Source of the DNA: Candidatus Bathyarchaeota archaeon
GTDB lineage: Archaea; Thermoproteota; Bathyarchaeia; TCS64
Assembly (NCBI GenBank): GCA_016783485.1
Contig: JADHWM010000002.1
Location: 1 to 62,727 of the forward strand
DNA: 62,727 bases
Direction: 5' to 3'
In this document: piece by piece, positions 36,995-46,310 of the stretch
Position numbering within the stretch: the stretch's first letter is position 1
Layout: every line of letters starts with the position of its first letter
Notes under the pieces: generated by a model
Told to the model about the DNA's origin: nothing
The model's input: only the letters and a program-made list of their open reading frames with translations
The model's database searches: none
Position numbers and translations under genes: made by a program

Positions 36995-38299
36995 ATGAAG
37001 AAGAATATCAGCTTGGTCGCCACAGGGGACTCCCTCATCACCATGAGGCAGAGCGTCCATTCGGAGCCCGAGTTTCTCGATATGGTGAAGCTCATCAGGT
37101 CCGCGGACATCGCGTTCACCAACCACGAGATGCTCCTCCACGACTACGAGGACTGGATCTGGCCTTCGGCCGAGTCCGGGGGCACCTACACCCGGGCTCC
37201 CCCCTATATCATCGACGAGCTCATGTGGATGGGTTACGACATATTCTCCACCGCGAACAATCACAGCCTCGACTATCTATACGGGGGGCTCTTCAGCACC
37301 CGGGACCACCTCGACGCTGCGGGGGTCCTCCACTCCGGCACCGGGAAGGACCTCGCCGAGGCCCGAGCCCCCGCCTATAAAGAATATCCCCAGGGGAGAG
37401 TGGCTCTCATCTCGGCGTCTTCGAGCTACGCCTCGTTCGGTCGCGCCGGGGACGTCCGGAGGGACCTCCAGGGGAGGCCGGGGCTCAACCCTCTGAGGAC
37501 TGAGACATGGTGGACGGTGAAGGAGGAGGTCCTGGAGACCATCAAGGGCTTAGAGGAGGCGCTGGGGATCCCCGAGCTCGTTCAGCCCGAGGACGCCCAC
37601 CTCTTCCTGCGCCAGAAATTCGTGGTGGGGGACGACGTCGGGATGCACACCAAGCCCCACAAGGGGGACATGGAGGGGAACCTGGAGTCGATCCGGGACG
37701 CCGCGAAGCAGGCGGACTGGGTGCTCTTCAGCCTCCACGCCCACGAGGGGCTCCTCCACGACAGGGAGCAGCCCGCGGAGTTCATCGAGACCTTCGCCCG
37801 GGAGGCCATCGACGCCGGGGCCCACGCCTTCATAGGCCACGGCCACCACGCGATGAGGGGCATCGAGATCCGTGACGGGAGGCCCATCTTCTACAGCCTG
37901 GGGGACTTTATCTTCCAGAACGAGACCGTCTACAAGATGCCCGCCGACTTTTACGAGAGTTACAAGCTCGACCCCTACAAGGGGATGGTGTCGGACGCCT
38001 TCGACGCGAGGACGGATGCACCGCCGAGGCCGGGGTGGCCCGCCTCGAAGTGGTTCACCAAGGACAGGAAGTACTGGATCAGCGTCATCCCGTTCATGGA
38101 GTTCGAGGGGGACCGGCTCAGCAGCCTGAAGCTCTACCCGGTGGAGTTGGGGCAGGACAAGCCTCGGAGCCAGAGGGGGAGGCCCATGTTCGTGGACGAG
38201 GAGGAGGGCGCCGATATCGTGGGGATAATGAAGAAGCTGTCGGAGCCCTACGGGACCGAGATAACCATCGAGAAAGGCATCGGGACAGTGAAGGTCTAA
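36995..38299 (+). CDS. CapA/PgsA-like metallophosphatase (poly-gamma-glutamate capsule synthesis family)
   Basis: LVATGDSLI, FTNHEMLL, STANNHSLDY, SLHAHEG, GHGHH motifs. The ORF is open from GTG 36974; ATG 36995 (MKKNISLV) is preferred. Confidence 0.8.
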   Translation: MKKNISLVATGDSLITMRQSVHSEPEFLDMVKLIRSADIAFTNHEMLLHDYEDWIWPSAESGGTYTRAPPYIIDELMWMGYDIFSTANNHSLDYLYGGLFSTRDHLDAAGVLHSGTGKDLAEARAPAYKEYPQGRVALISASSSYASFGRAGDVRRDLQGRPGLNPLRTETWWTVKEEVLETIKGLEEALGIPELVQPEDAHLFLRQKFVVGDDVGMHTKPHKGDMEGNLESIRDAAKQADWVLFSLHAHEGLLHDREQPAEFIETFAREAIDAGAHAFIGHGHHAMRGIEIRDGRPIFYSLGDFIFQNETVYKMPADFYESYKLDPYKGMVSDAFDARTDAPPRPGWPASKWFTKDRKYWISVIPFMEFEGDRLSSLKLYPVELGQDKPRSQRGRPMFVDEEEGADIVGIMKKLSEPYGTEITIEKGIGTVKV

Positions 38300-38326
38300 T
38301 TTTTTTTTCTTCCTTCCTTTTTTTTA
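38300..38326 (+). terminator. Oligo-T archaeal-type terminator after the CapA-like gene
   Basis: T9 immediately after stop TAA 38297-38299, then CTTCCTTCC and a T8 run. Confidence 0.6.
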
Positions 38327-38374
38327 AGCTAAAACCCACTGCCGAGCCGTTGAACCAGTTTTTCTCTATCTGCC

Positions 38375-39130
38375 TTAATCTAACCTATTTTCTGTCCAGA
38401 AATAATTTCCAGAGAGAAATAACACTGGTTTTCGGTTGGACCAGAATATAATCAGTTGCTCCCTGAGTCTATTGCTGCCGAACTTTTTTATGATTCCATC
38501 GATGATGTTGCCGAGGCCCAACCATCCCTTCTCATGTCTCGATATCAACACTCTGAGATCAGCCGATCTGAGGAGTCTTTCCATTGAGCTCTTCGAGATG
38601 TATTTATGATACATCCCGACCTTGTCTCCGGTCACCAGAAGGCTCAGACTGTTTCGAAGGCATACAAGGAGCCCCGGTAGCGCAAAGAATGCTCTGCCTC
38701 CTGGGGCTAGCGACCTTTGTGCATCCGCGAGGGCTCTGGTCACCTCTTCTCTGAGTCTGAAGTGCTCCACGACCCCCAGGGAGATGTAGCCCCCGAGAAC
38801 GTTTTTTCTGAAGGGGAGCCGTGTAACATCACCGATCAGGAAGGCGGACTCTGCGCCGTTCTGTCTTCCGATCCTGTGGGCGTGCTGAATAGCATCGGGG
38901 ACGATGTCGATGCCGATTGCTCTGTATCCCCGCTTCTCTAATGAATAACACCATTCCCCCTCGCCACAACCGCCATCTAAAATCAAACCCTCTTTTTTGA
39001 AAAACTCCTGAAAAATATTTGTCAGGCGATTTCGTACGGGGCTGTCCATATTGGCGAAAAGTGAAACTTGGCTGCTTGAGTTGTGGTCGTATTGAAATAC
39101 TCTCTCCCAATCTTTTTGGGTCGATTTCAC
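38375..39130 (-). CDS. Class I SAM-dependent methyltransferase
   Basis: ILDGGCGEGEWCYSLEKRGYRAIGIDI; LGGYISLGVVEHF. Confidence 0.8.
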   Translation of the reverse strand: MKSTQKDWERVFQYDHNSSSQVSLFANMDSPVRNRLTNIFQEFFKKEGLILDGGCGEGEWCYSLEKRGYRAIGIDIVPDAIQHAHRIGRQNGAESAFLIGDVTRLPFRKNVLGGYISLGVVEHFRLREEVTRALADAQRSLAPGGRAFFALPGLLVCLRNSLSLLVTGDKVGMYHKYISKSSMERLLRSADLRVLISRHEKGWLGLGNIIDGIIKKFGSNRLREQLIIFWSNRKPVLFLSGNYFWTENRLD

Positions 39131-39329
39131 ACTCTCTTAATTGGGTATTATGTTTATTAGTCTATTTTCTAGATAATTTATTCTTTACATTCTCTTGGAG
39201 CCTCGCCGGAACATGTCACCGATGATGCCGGTCTTCGGATGGTTCTAGAATGCACGTGCACATGGTTGCTGCGCCCAGTTTCCCCGTGAGGGCAACAGGT
39301 TAAATCGCCGGGGGGGCTACCTGAATCGG

Positions 39330-40337
39330 GTGAATCGTTTGGGTGACGTTGATTTTGGCGTGATGCTCCCCGTCATGGTGCCCTCGGGCTCTAGGCCCCT
39401 GCCGTTCTACCATGCGCTTCAGTACCGCTACGGTGGGCTGGACGTGGGGGTGGTGCGGGAGGCGGCGCTGGAAGCGGAGAGGCTGGGGTATCACAGCGTC
39501 TGGGTCTCGGATCATCTGAGCCGGGAGGTGTGTCGGGAGCGTCTGGAGTGCTGGACCACGATGACCTGGCTCGCGACCCTGACGGAGCGGGTGCGGCTGG
39601 GGAGCATGGTGATCTGCAACCTCTACAGGCATCCGGGGCTCATGGCGAAGATGGCCTCGACCCTGGATCTCGTCTCGGGGGGGCGTCTGGAGCTGGGGAT
39701 CGGGGCGTGCTGGTCCGAGCTGGAGTGCTCCGAGAGGGGTATCGACTGGCCATCGCCGGAGGTCCGGCTCCAGATGCTGGGGGAGTCGGTGCGGATCATC
39801 AAGAGCCTCTGGACCCGGGAGCGCACCGATTTCGAGGGGAGGCACTACAAGCTCAGCGGGGCATATTCTGAACCCAAGCCGGTCCAGAAGCCTCATCCGC
39901 CGGTGATGATCGGGGGAGGCGGGGAGGGGTTCACCCTGAGGCTGGTCGCCAAGTACGCCGAGGCCAGCAACTTCGGGGGCTCCCTCGCGGACGTGGAGAG
40001 GCGGATGGGTGCCCTGCGGCGCCACTGCGAGGAGGTGGGGAGGGACTACGGCGAGATCACCAAGTCGACGAGCCTGGGAGTGGTGGTTCACCCGACCCGG
40101 GAGGAGTACCTGGAGGACATGAGGGAGCGGTGGGAGGCGAACCGGGCCCCGGGGCTCTTCGAGGAGTGGCTGGGGAAGGCCGAGGAGGCCTACATAACGG
40201 GGACCCCGGACGAGTGCGTGGAGCAGCTGAGGCCCTACGTGGAGCTGGGGGTCGGCCTGTTCGTGATCCGGTTCGGGGACATGCCGAGCCTCGAGGGTCT
40301 CAGGCTCTTCGCCGAGAAGGTCGCCCCCCGTCTCTAG
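39330..40337 (+). CDS. Luciferase-like (LLM-class) oxidoreductase, probably F420-dependent
   Basis: LGYHSVWVSDHL, TTMTWLATLTERVRLGSMV, GGRLELGIGACWSELE, FEGRHYKLSG typical of LLM family. Confidence 0.85.
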   Translation: MNRLGDVDFGVMLPVMVPSGSRPLPFYHALQYRYGGLDVGVVREAALEAERLGYHSVWVSDHLSREVCRERLECWTTMTWLATLTERVRLGSMVICNLYRHPGLMAKMASTLDLVSGGRLELGIGACWSELECSERGIDWPSPEVRLQMLGESVRIIKSLWTRERTDFEGRHYKLSGAYSEPKPVQKPHPPVMIGGGGEGFTLRLVAKYAEASNFGGSLADVERRMGALRRHCEEVGRDYGEITKSTSLGVVVHPTREEYLEDMRERWEANRAPGLFEEWLGKAEEAYITGTPDECVEQLRPYVELGVGLFVIRFGDMPSLEGLRLFAEKVAPRL

Positions 40338-40366
40338 CTCGTGTCGAGCGGGGGTTTGTTGGGGGG

Positions 40367-41572
40367 CTAGTCCTCGATCCGCACTCCAATCTGGAGGATT
40401 GCGAGCCCGATGAAGTATATCACCGACGTCGCGATGAATATGGGGTAGAGCCCGTATGTGTCGGCGATGTAGGCTGCGGCTATGGCTGCGATGGGCATGA
40501 CGACGTTCATGGGTATTGATGCGAGGGCGAAGCCGACCCCCCTCTGCTTGGGGGGCGAGAGGCGGGCGGTGAGGGTCATGTTGGCGGGCATGCCTAGGAT
40601 GCCGAAGAACCCGTGGGTGATGTAGGCGATCATGAAGGGCCAGTACCCTTTGAGGAAGAAGGCGAGGGCGAAGAATGCGTAGGAGACAAAGAGCGTGGCC
40701 GCGAACCATCTTTTCTCCCCGTACCGGGAGGCGAGCTCCCCCCCGAGGGGGCTGGCGACTATACCGATGAGGGAGCTGATCCCGAGCATTATCCCGATCT
40801 GGCTGATGGTCCATCCCTGAGCCTCGGCGAGCCAGATGCTGAGGAAGCCTGTGGTGAGGCCTCCCCCGAAGCGTCTCACGGTACCGGAGAGGAGGAGGAA
40901 TATCATGTTGGAGTTGAGGAGGGTGTCCACGGTCTCCCCCTCGTCCCAGGAGTCCCGTACCTCCTTCTCCACCATCTCGGCGGCGGGCTTTACGAAGTAG
41001 AGGGCCACGAGCCCCAGCAGGATGGGGATGACCCAGAAGCTGTAGATCTGCCTCCAGCTGAAGGCGAGGAGCCCCATGAGGATGGTGATGGAGAGGGGGC
41101 CCAGGGATACCCCGGTGGTGCCCCCGCTGTGCCATATCCCTAGGGCCCTGGAGCGGTTTTGGGGACTGGTGATATCGGAGACGTAGCTCTGGGCGGGGGG
41201 GTGGTAGAGGGTGGAGTTGAATGTGAGGAGGGTGGAGGCGAGGATGAACATCCAGGGGGTCATGGAGACGCTCCCCAGAAGGGCCCCCACGGCGGCTATC
41301 ACGATGCTCGCGGCGATGAGCTTCTTTGGGCCGAACCTGTCGGAGACCATCCCACTGGGGACGCTTAAGAGGAACTGGCAGAGGCTGGGGATAGCGATGA
41401 TGAGGCCGATCTGCTGGTAGGTGAGGCTGAACTCCTCCTTGAGGACGGGGAAGAGGGTGGTTTGCATGTTCCCTGCGGCGTGGACCAGCATGTGGGTGAG
41501 GACCATGATGAGGAGGCTGGAGCTCATGAGCCTGCCCAGGGAGGACTTTTCGTTCTCTCCTATGTTGATCAC
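40367..41572 (-). CDS. MFS transporter
   Basis: 12-TM-like profile; signature GMVSDRFGPKKLI between TM2 and TM3. Confidence 0.85.
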   Translation of the reverse strand: MINIGENEKSSLGRLMSSSLLIMVLTHMLVHAAGNMQTTLFPVLKEEFSLTYQQIGLIIAIPSLCQFLLSVPSGMVSDRFGPKKLIAASIVIAAVGALLGSVSMTPWMFILASTLLTFNSTLYHPPAQSYVSDITSPQNRSRALGIWHSGGTTGVSLGPLSITILMGLLAFSWRQIYSFWVIPILLGLVALYFVKPAAEMVEKEVRDSWDEGETVDTLLNSNMIFLLLSGTVRRFGGGLTTGFLSIWLAEAQGWTISQIGIMLGISSLIGIVASPLGGELASRYGEKRWFAATLFVSYAFFALAFFLKGYWPFMIAYITHGFFGILGMPANMTLTARLSPPKQRGVGFALASIPMNVVMPIAAIAAAYIADTYGLYPIFIATSVIYFIGLAILQIGVRIED

Positions 41573-41773
41573 CGAGTGAAACTCACATGGGGGTCAGGTA
41601 TCATTTTACGTTTGCCTATGACTCGCTCGCCCATCGATCACGAGTGCAAAAAACGTAGTCTTTTCACCCCCTATGCTCCGGTGATCCGCTTTCGAAAATG
41701 AATGATTTTTATTCAAGTGTATTGTGTCAATGTAAGAACGTAAATTTCACTCAAGGTGGCATGACGACTTCAT

Positions 41774-43036
41774 TTGGCTCGAACGAAAAATCTTACCGAG
41801 TTTCTAGGCGGACTACCCCGAAATTTCAAGGTGATGATGGCCAGGAACTCCTTCGCCAACTTCATCGTCAACATGAACCCCTACAACTCCCTCTTCATAT
41901 TCGCGTTGGGGGCATCCGGCACGGAGCTGGGGATGCTGAGCTCCATCGGATTGGCTTTCTCCACGATCTTCTCTGTTCTCACCGGATGGATCTCTGATCG
42001 CGGGGACAAGAAGGCATTCTTCCTCTTGGGCACGGCGGTGGGCGTCTTGGTTCCCATCGCTTATATCCTGAGCCCCAGCTGGTCGTGGCTCGCCGTGGCC
42101 TTCATTCTGTTCGGCGTCTCGGAGGGCATCCTCCAGCCCGCGTGGCAGGCGATGTACGCGAACAGCGTCAACGACGGCTCCCGGGGGACGGTGTACGGCC
42201 TGGCGAACCTCTTCGTCATGAGCCCGATCCTCTTCGCGGGGCTGGTCGGCGGGGCCGTCGTGAGTTGGTTCGGCGGGATGGATGCGGACGGCATCCGACC
42301 CCTCTACTACCTCCAGATAGGGCTCTCCTTGGCCATCGTCGCCTTCGTCTGGCGTTATCTGACGCCTCCCCGGAGGCAGGGGCAGTCCGTCCCGTTCTCG
42401 TTCAGCCAGATGATCGCGGACTATCGGGACGTCCTGTCCATCGACGGCGTCCGCTCGTGGGTTCTGATGAAGAGCCTGGGGAGCATATCCATAGGCCTCG
42501 CGGGGCCCTTCTGGATGATATACGCCTCGTTGGTCTGGGAGGCCTCCGCTATGACCATCGCCTTCATGGTCACCGTGAGGACGTTGACCCGGATCGTCCT
42601 GTCCCCCGTAGTGGGGCGCCTCACCGATGTCTACGGGAGGAAGAAACTCATCATCGGGGGGAGGCTCACCATGTACGTGGCCGCGATCATATTCCTCTGG
42701 GGAGGCGGGGGCTTTTTGCTCCTCTTAGCGTGGGTGCTCATGGGGGTCAACGACTCCACCGGGGTCGCATGGCAGGCCAAGGAGGTGGAGTTGGTGGGGC
42801 GTCACCAGAGGGCTAGGATGACCGCCCTCAGTGTGGGCGCCTTCAACCTCCTCGCCGTCCCCGCGAGCTTGCTGGGAGGGTATCTCTGGGATCATGTGGG
42901 CTACCTCGCGCCCTTCATATTCATGATCGTGGTCGATGGGCTCGTGAGGATGCCCATCATCGCCAAGTACGTACCCGAGGCCGGATACGACGAGCTCAAC
43001 TCTAAACAGGTTGACTCGGGTTTATTCACAGACTAA
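41774..43036 (+). CDS. MFS transporter
   Basis: TGWISDRGDKKAFF and VVGRLTDVYGRKKLI loops; TTG 41774 start uncertain (ATG ATG at ~41833 is an alternative). Confidence 0.8.
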   Translation: MARTKNLTEFLGGLPRNFKVMMARNSFANFIVNMNPYNSLFIFALGASGTELGMLSSIGLAFSTIFSVLTGWISDRGDKKAFFLLGTAVGVLVPIAYILSPSWSWLAVAFILFGVSEGILQPAWQAMYANSVNDGSRGTVYGLANLFVMSPILFAGLVGGAVVSWFGGMDADGIRPLYYLQIGLSLAIVAFVWRYLTPPRRQGQSVPFSFSQMIADYRDVLSIDGVRSWVLMKSLGSISIGLAGPFWMIYASLVWEASAMTIAFMVTVRTLTRIVLSPVVGRLTDVYGRKKLIIGGRLTMYVAAIIFLWGGGGFLLLLAWVLMGVNDSTGVAWQAKEVELVGRHQRARMTALSVGAFNLLAVPASLLGGYLWDHVGYLAPFIFMIVVDGLVRMPIIAKYVPEAGYDELNSKQVDSGLFTD

Positions 43037-43045
43037 TTCATTCAC
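43013..43045 (+). repeat. Direct repeat A (covers last codons and stop of the MFS gene)
   Basis: GACTCGGGTTTATTCACAGACTAATTCATTCAC; 17-nt perfect core CGGGTTTATTCACAGAC (43017-43033) shared with 44765-44781. Confidence 0.8.
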
Positions 43046-43171
43046 TGAACCATTTTCTTCCTTATCGACCACACGCGTTGAGGGGTGGACCCCCGAAGTG
43101 AACGTGGTTGTCGATAATCATAATCTGAATTTCGGTGAAATATGGATAAACTGATTGTTCGTTGATTGGAT

Positions 43172-43380
43172 TGTCTAAAACATTATAGACCCGAAGGATC
43201 AGTTGAAGTTCAAGGTTCTATTGCCAAATACAGTAGATGTGTCTTAATGGGACCTGAACTGAGAAAATGGAGAAGATGAGAATGCCCAAGTACATCGTCC
43301 TGGGAAAGTTCACGGCTGAAGGGATCAAGAACATCAAGGACTCTCCCAAGAGACTGGAGGCAGCCAACAAGTTGGCGGAG
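43172..43380 (+). repeat. Dispersed duplication, copy 1 (decayed divergent-promoter region plus first ~35 codons of GYD gene)
   Basis: Aligns by eye with 46275-46481. It is nearly identical from ~43199 to 43380 and looser from 43172 (shared AAAACATTATA). Confidence 0.85.
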
Positions 43381-43479
43381 CATGAGGGCTTTGAGGTCCC
43401 ATTCGGGGTTGTATTCTACGGTTCTTCCTGGTCCGTGTCTGTGGAGGTTTGTCCAGAGGGTGGTTTGGATGGGGGTTAA
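43267..43479 (+). pseudogene. Truncated duplicate of the GYD-family gene (first ~35 codons only, then unrelated sequence)
   Basis: MPKYIVLGKFTAEGIKNIKDSPKRLEAANKLAE is identical to the N-terminus of 46383..46676; similarity stops abruptly at nt 43380. Confidence 0.6.
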
Positions 43480-43680
43480 ATCTAGGCTCTCGAACAATAA
43501 CTTGGGAGAACCTACTCGCTTCATCCCGATCACAAGATGATGGAGTACGGCTCTCCCAATAAACTCAACGAATTATTTAATCCGCTTGCGCGCGCTGGAA
43601 AAAGAATTACTACAATTGTATTAGACAATTAATGCACACGCGCGATTATCTTTGCATTTACCGCGTTTAGGGATTCGTTT

Positions 43681-44238
43681 TTAGATCTGGGTGATGTGTC
43701 TTCTTATTTTCTGTAAAATTACATCTTGTGTAATGTCCATCATCATTGTAACTCCACTAATGGGATCCGTAGAGATTGTTTTGTATCCAAGATTCTCCCA
43801 AATCTGGCGTAGAGGTCTGCCTGCTTGATCCAACTCCTCTGTAGTGAACTTTACAGCCTTGTAACCGTTCTCATACAGGTAAACCATCTCAAGGACAGCA
43901 ATCACTGTACCCACTCCTTTACGTTCAATGATTGAGGCTGAGCTATCTGAGAAAAACACTCCCTTATCATCAGCGTCGTAGCCGAAGTCATAAGCTATAG
44001 GTTCACCGTCTAGAAGAACAAGTAGACAGAAGAATCCAGGTTTACTTATCCTGCTTTTTAACTCTTTCCAGCTGTACCTTAGATCTTTCCGGAACTTGGT
44101 GTGATCTATTGTCATGATTTTCTCTGTTATTGTATCATCGATGTTGGTGTAAGTCGAGATCATTACGTTTCCATTTAATGATAAACTGAGCTTTGCTTCA
44201 CCTAGCCTCAACAATTCGTTAAGAGACGGAACACTCAT
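43681..44238 (-). CDS. GNAT-family N-acetyltransferase
   Basis: IIERKGVGTVIAVLEMVYLYENGYKAVKF (acetyl-CoA-binding R/Q-x-x-G-x-G/A-like motif); ~185 aa. Confidence 0.75.
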   Translation of the reverse strand: MSVPSLNELLRLGEAKLSLSLNGNVMISTYTNIDDTITEKIMTIDHTKFRKDLRYSWKELKSRISKPGFFCLLVLLDGEPIAYDFGYDADDKGVFFSDSSASIIERKGVGTVIAVLEMVYLYENGYKAVKFTTEELDQAGRPLRQIWENLGYKTISTDPISGVTMMMDITQDVILQKIRRHITQI

Positions 44239-44340
44239 GAGATATATTGAACTTAAGAAATAATATCAATTTATTGAACTGCGCGCAGATAGTTTCCATA
44301 ATTATGTGTTAAATGGTTTTTATTATTATTTTACAGTTTA

Positions 44341-44715
44341 ATGGGTGAAATGGACTTCTACGACAGAGGGATTCTGACAATTCTAAGGGATGGAAAACCC
44401 AGAACCTTCCAACAGATACTCTCCGAGGCAGGGTTCTCACACAACACCCTGCGAAAGCACCTGGACGAACTCGTGTATCAGGGTCTAGTCACGAGGCTGA
44501 AGAGATCCCGAAAGGGCCCGGGGAGGCCTCTGTTGACGTACAGGATACAGAGAGAGGCTGAGAGAGCTGTCTCGGCTGTCTTGGATCCTTCCATGGGGCT
44601 TGTGGTGGTCTCTTTCGAAGCGTTGAGTCGCTTCTGTAAGCGAGAGGAGGGTGGTTTCTGTAAGGAGATCAAGGATCATTGTACGCCTGTTTCTTGTCCT
44701 CAATTCATAAAATAA
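44341..44715 (+). CDS. Winged helix-turn-helix transcriptional regulator
   Basis: ILTILRDGKPRTFQQILSEAGFSHNTLRKHLDELVYQGLVTR; C-terminal Cys-containing tail. Confidence 0.7.
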   Translation: MGEMDFYDRGILTILRDGKPRTFQQILSEAGFSHNTLRKHLDELVYQGLVTRLKRSRKGPGRPLLTYRIQREAERAVSAVLDPSMGLVVVSFEALSRFCKREEGGFCKEIKDHCTPVSCPQFIK

Positions 44716-44760
44716 GGATTAAAACCATATTTAACCTAATAATTGAACTAGCCTGCGCGC

Positions 44761-44793
44761 GACGCGGGTTTATTCACAGACCAATCCATCCCT
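44761..44793 (+). repeat. Direct repeat B (abuts the stop codon of the minus-strand methyltransferase gene)
   Basis: GACGCGGGTTTATTCACAGACCAATCCATCCCT; 27 of 33 positions match repeat A, and three of the differences are T-to-C. Confidence 0.8.
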
Positions 44794-45563
44794 CATGATT
44801 CCTTCCTAGCTACTAATACCATCCCGAAGGTGTCGGTGGATACTGGCTCCATGTCGTACCCCCCGAAACTTGAATGATAGCTCCACCCGGTATCCTCGAC
44901 CTGCCTTACGAGCTCGTGGAGTGAGTAAACTCTATGGTCGAGCTCGAACGTGCTCAGATGCTCCAGGTCATCGCCCCGCTGCTCGTAGTATCGCCAGACG
45001 TTGAACATCCTGGAATTCTCGAGATCCAGACGTCTCTCCGCTATCATGACCCGGCCCCCCTCCCCGTAGCTCACATCCCTGGCCTGGAAATGCCTCACGA
45101 GATAATCCCGGTTCGCCGTATGGATGACGAAGATGCCACCTCGCTTCGCCAGTTCACGTGCTTGGCTGAAGATGGCCCCGTCGGTGGCCTCGTCCCAGTA
45201 GCCATGCGAGGTGAACAGGTTGACTAAGGCGTCGAAGGACTCCCCCCGGTCCCCTAGGAGTTTTCCCATCCGCCTAATGTCACCGATCATGAACTCGACC
45301 CGACACGAGACGCCCCTCTCGGCCGCGAGCTCCCCAGCCCTCTCGATATAGGTAGGCGAGATGTCGACCCCCACGATCCTGTAACCCTTGTCCGCGAGGA
45401 GGATGGAGTGACGCCCTAAGCCGCAGGCGAGGTCGAGGACCGTACCCCCCGGGGGCACACCGTGCTCCGAGAAGAGCCTCATCAAGCCCTCCACCTCCTC
45501 ACCGGTCCTCTCCAGCCTCTCCTCAAGTTGGGCCCCATACAGTGAGGCATTATCGATGAACAA
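44793..45563 (-). CDS. Class I SAM-dependent methyltransferase
   Basis: VLDLACGLGRHSILLADKGYRIVGVDISPTYIE; FDALVNLFTSHGY. Confidence 0.85.
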   Translation of the reverse strand: MFIDNASLYGAQLEERLERTGEEVEGLMRLFSEHGVPPGGTVLDLACGLGRHSILLADKGYRIVGVDISPTYIERAGELAAERGVSCRVEFMIGDIRRMGKLLGDRGESFDALVNLFTSHGYWDEATDGAIFSQARELAKRGGIFVIHTANRDYLVRHFQARDVSYGEGGRVMIAERRLDLENSRMFNVWRYYEQRGDDLEHLSTFELDHRVYSLHELVRQVEDTGWSYHSSFGGYDMEPVSTDTFGMVLVARKES

Positions 45564-45640
45564 TCTCTCGGTTCAATGCTTGTCCAATCTCATTTCCCAA
45601 TTATGATGGTAGGAAGCGTGGATAAGAATTGAGTGGAAAC

Positions 45641-45668
45641 ATCGGGAAAGGAGATTCGAACCCCTTTC
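45641..45668 (-). other. tRNA T-arm/3'-acceptor-like fragment (not an intact tRNA)
   Basis: The minus strand reads GAAAGGGGTTCGAATCTCCTTTCCCGAT. That gives a canonical TTCGAAT T-loop in a 5-8 bp stem (one G-U, so strand-specific) followed by 7 nt plus a discriminator-like T. No convincing D or anticodon arms lie upstream. Confidence 0.3.
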
Positions 45669-45889
45669 AGTCGCCCGCGTGATCAGGGACGTGTCACGAA
45701 TTTGTGTGCTTCGACTTCATATCCCGGTGAAGTCTGAGATTCCACTGGGGATTCCTGATATCATCATCAGCTTCAGAACCAGAGATAATGAGTTACCTTA
45801 CGTAGAAGCGGAGATTGACGATTCGACACTTGATTGATTTTATGATTGTTTTTGTTTTTCTCTCTCGTAGAGGCGGTCAATCATTATGC

Positions 45890-46310
45890 CTATCTCCGGA
45901 TTATCGTAAAGACCCGAATCTCCTCATAGATTGGACCCATTTTCTCCCAGAACGTGACCACATCTACACCATAGAGAAACCCCCCCATATCGAAGTCAAG
46001 TAGCCCCTTGTCCACTAGAAGTCCAAGGTTGTGGAAGAATGTAAAAAAAATTGGCCCGCTTGACGTTGGCATCCGGGTCTACTCCGAGGCTGGTTTTACT
46101 CATGTAGTCGTCCAGGTCTGGCCAATCCCAGTAGGCTACGTCCCAGAAAGTCTTCCAGTTCTCAGGAGTGTTATATCGGTTGAATAGGCTCATCCACAGC
46201 TCTGTTTTCTTGTAATCGGTCGTGAATATGATTACGGTGAATTGTGGATTAAGTGATAGCTCGTAGTTAGGCCTGACCAAAACATTATAACGTAAATGCT
46301 CAATTGACAT
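45890..46310 (-). pseudogene. Hypothetical protein apparently split by a +1 frameshift in a T8 homopolymer (A8 on + strand, 46044-46051)
   Basis: ORFs 45996..46310 and 45890..46072 overlap at the homopolymer. Removing one T fuses ...DANVKRANFF to TFFHNLGLLVDKGLLDF... into one ~140-aa ORF. Confidence 0.45.

Noticed and set aside
39300-41135. 611-aa minus-strand ORF
   Set aside because: It crosses the LLM oxidoreductase gene (antisense) and continues out of frame over the MFS gene. It is extremely Arg/Pro/His/Gly-rich, which marks it as a GC-driven artefact.
43210-43533. 107-aa minus-strand ORF
   Set aside because: It is antisense to the duplicated GYD fragment, has no motifs, and lies in a recombination scar.
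43681-44715. GNAT toxin / HTH antitoxin module
   Set aside because: The genes are divergent with a ~100-bp spacer rather than co-transcribed and overlapping. The regulator is a 124-aa wHTH protein, not an RHH/DUF1778-type antitoxin.
45641-45727. Intact tRNA gene on the minus strand
   Set aside because: Only the T-arm and a partial acceptor pairing (5 of 7) can be drawn. There is no GG-containing D-loop and no 7-nt anticodon loop, so it is reported only as a fragment.
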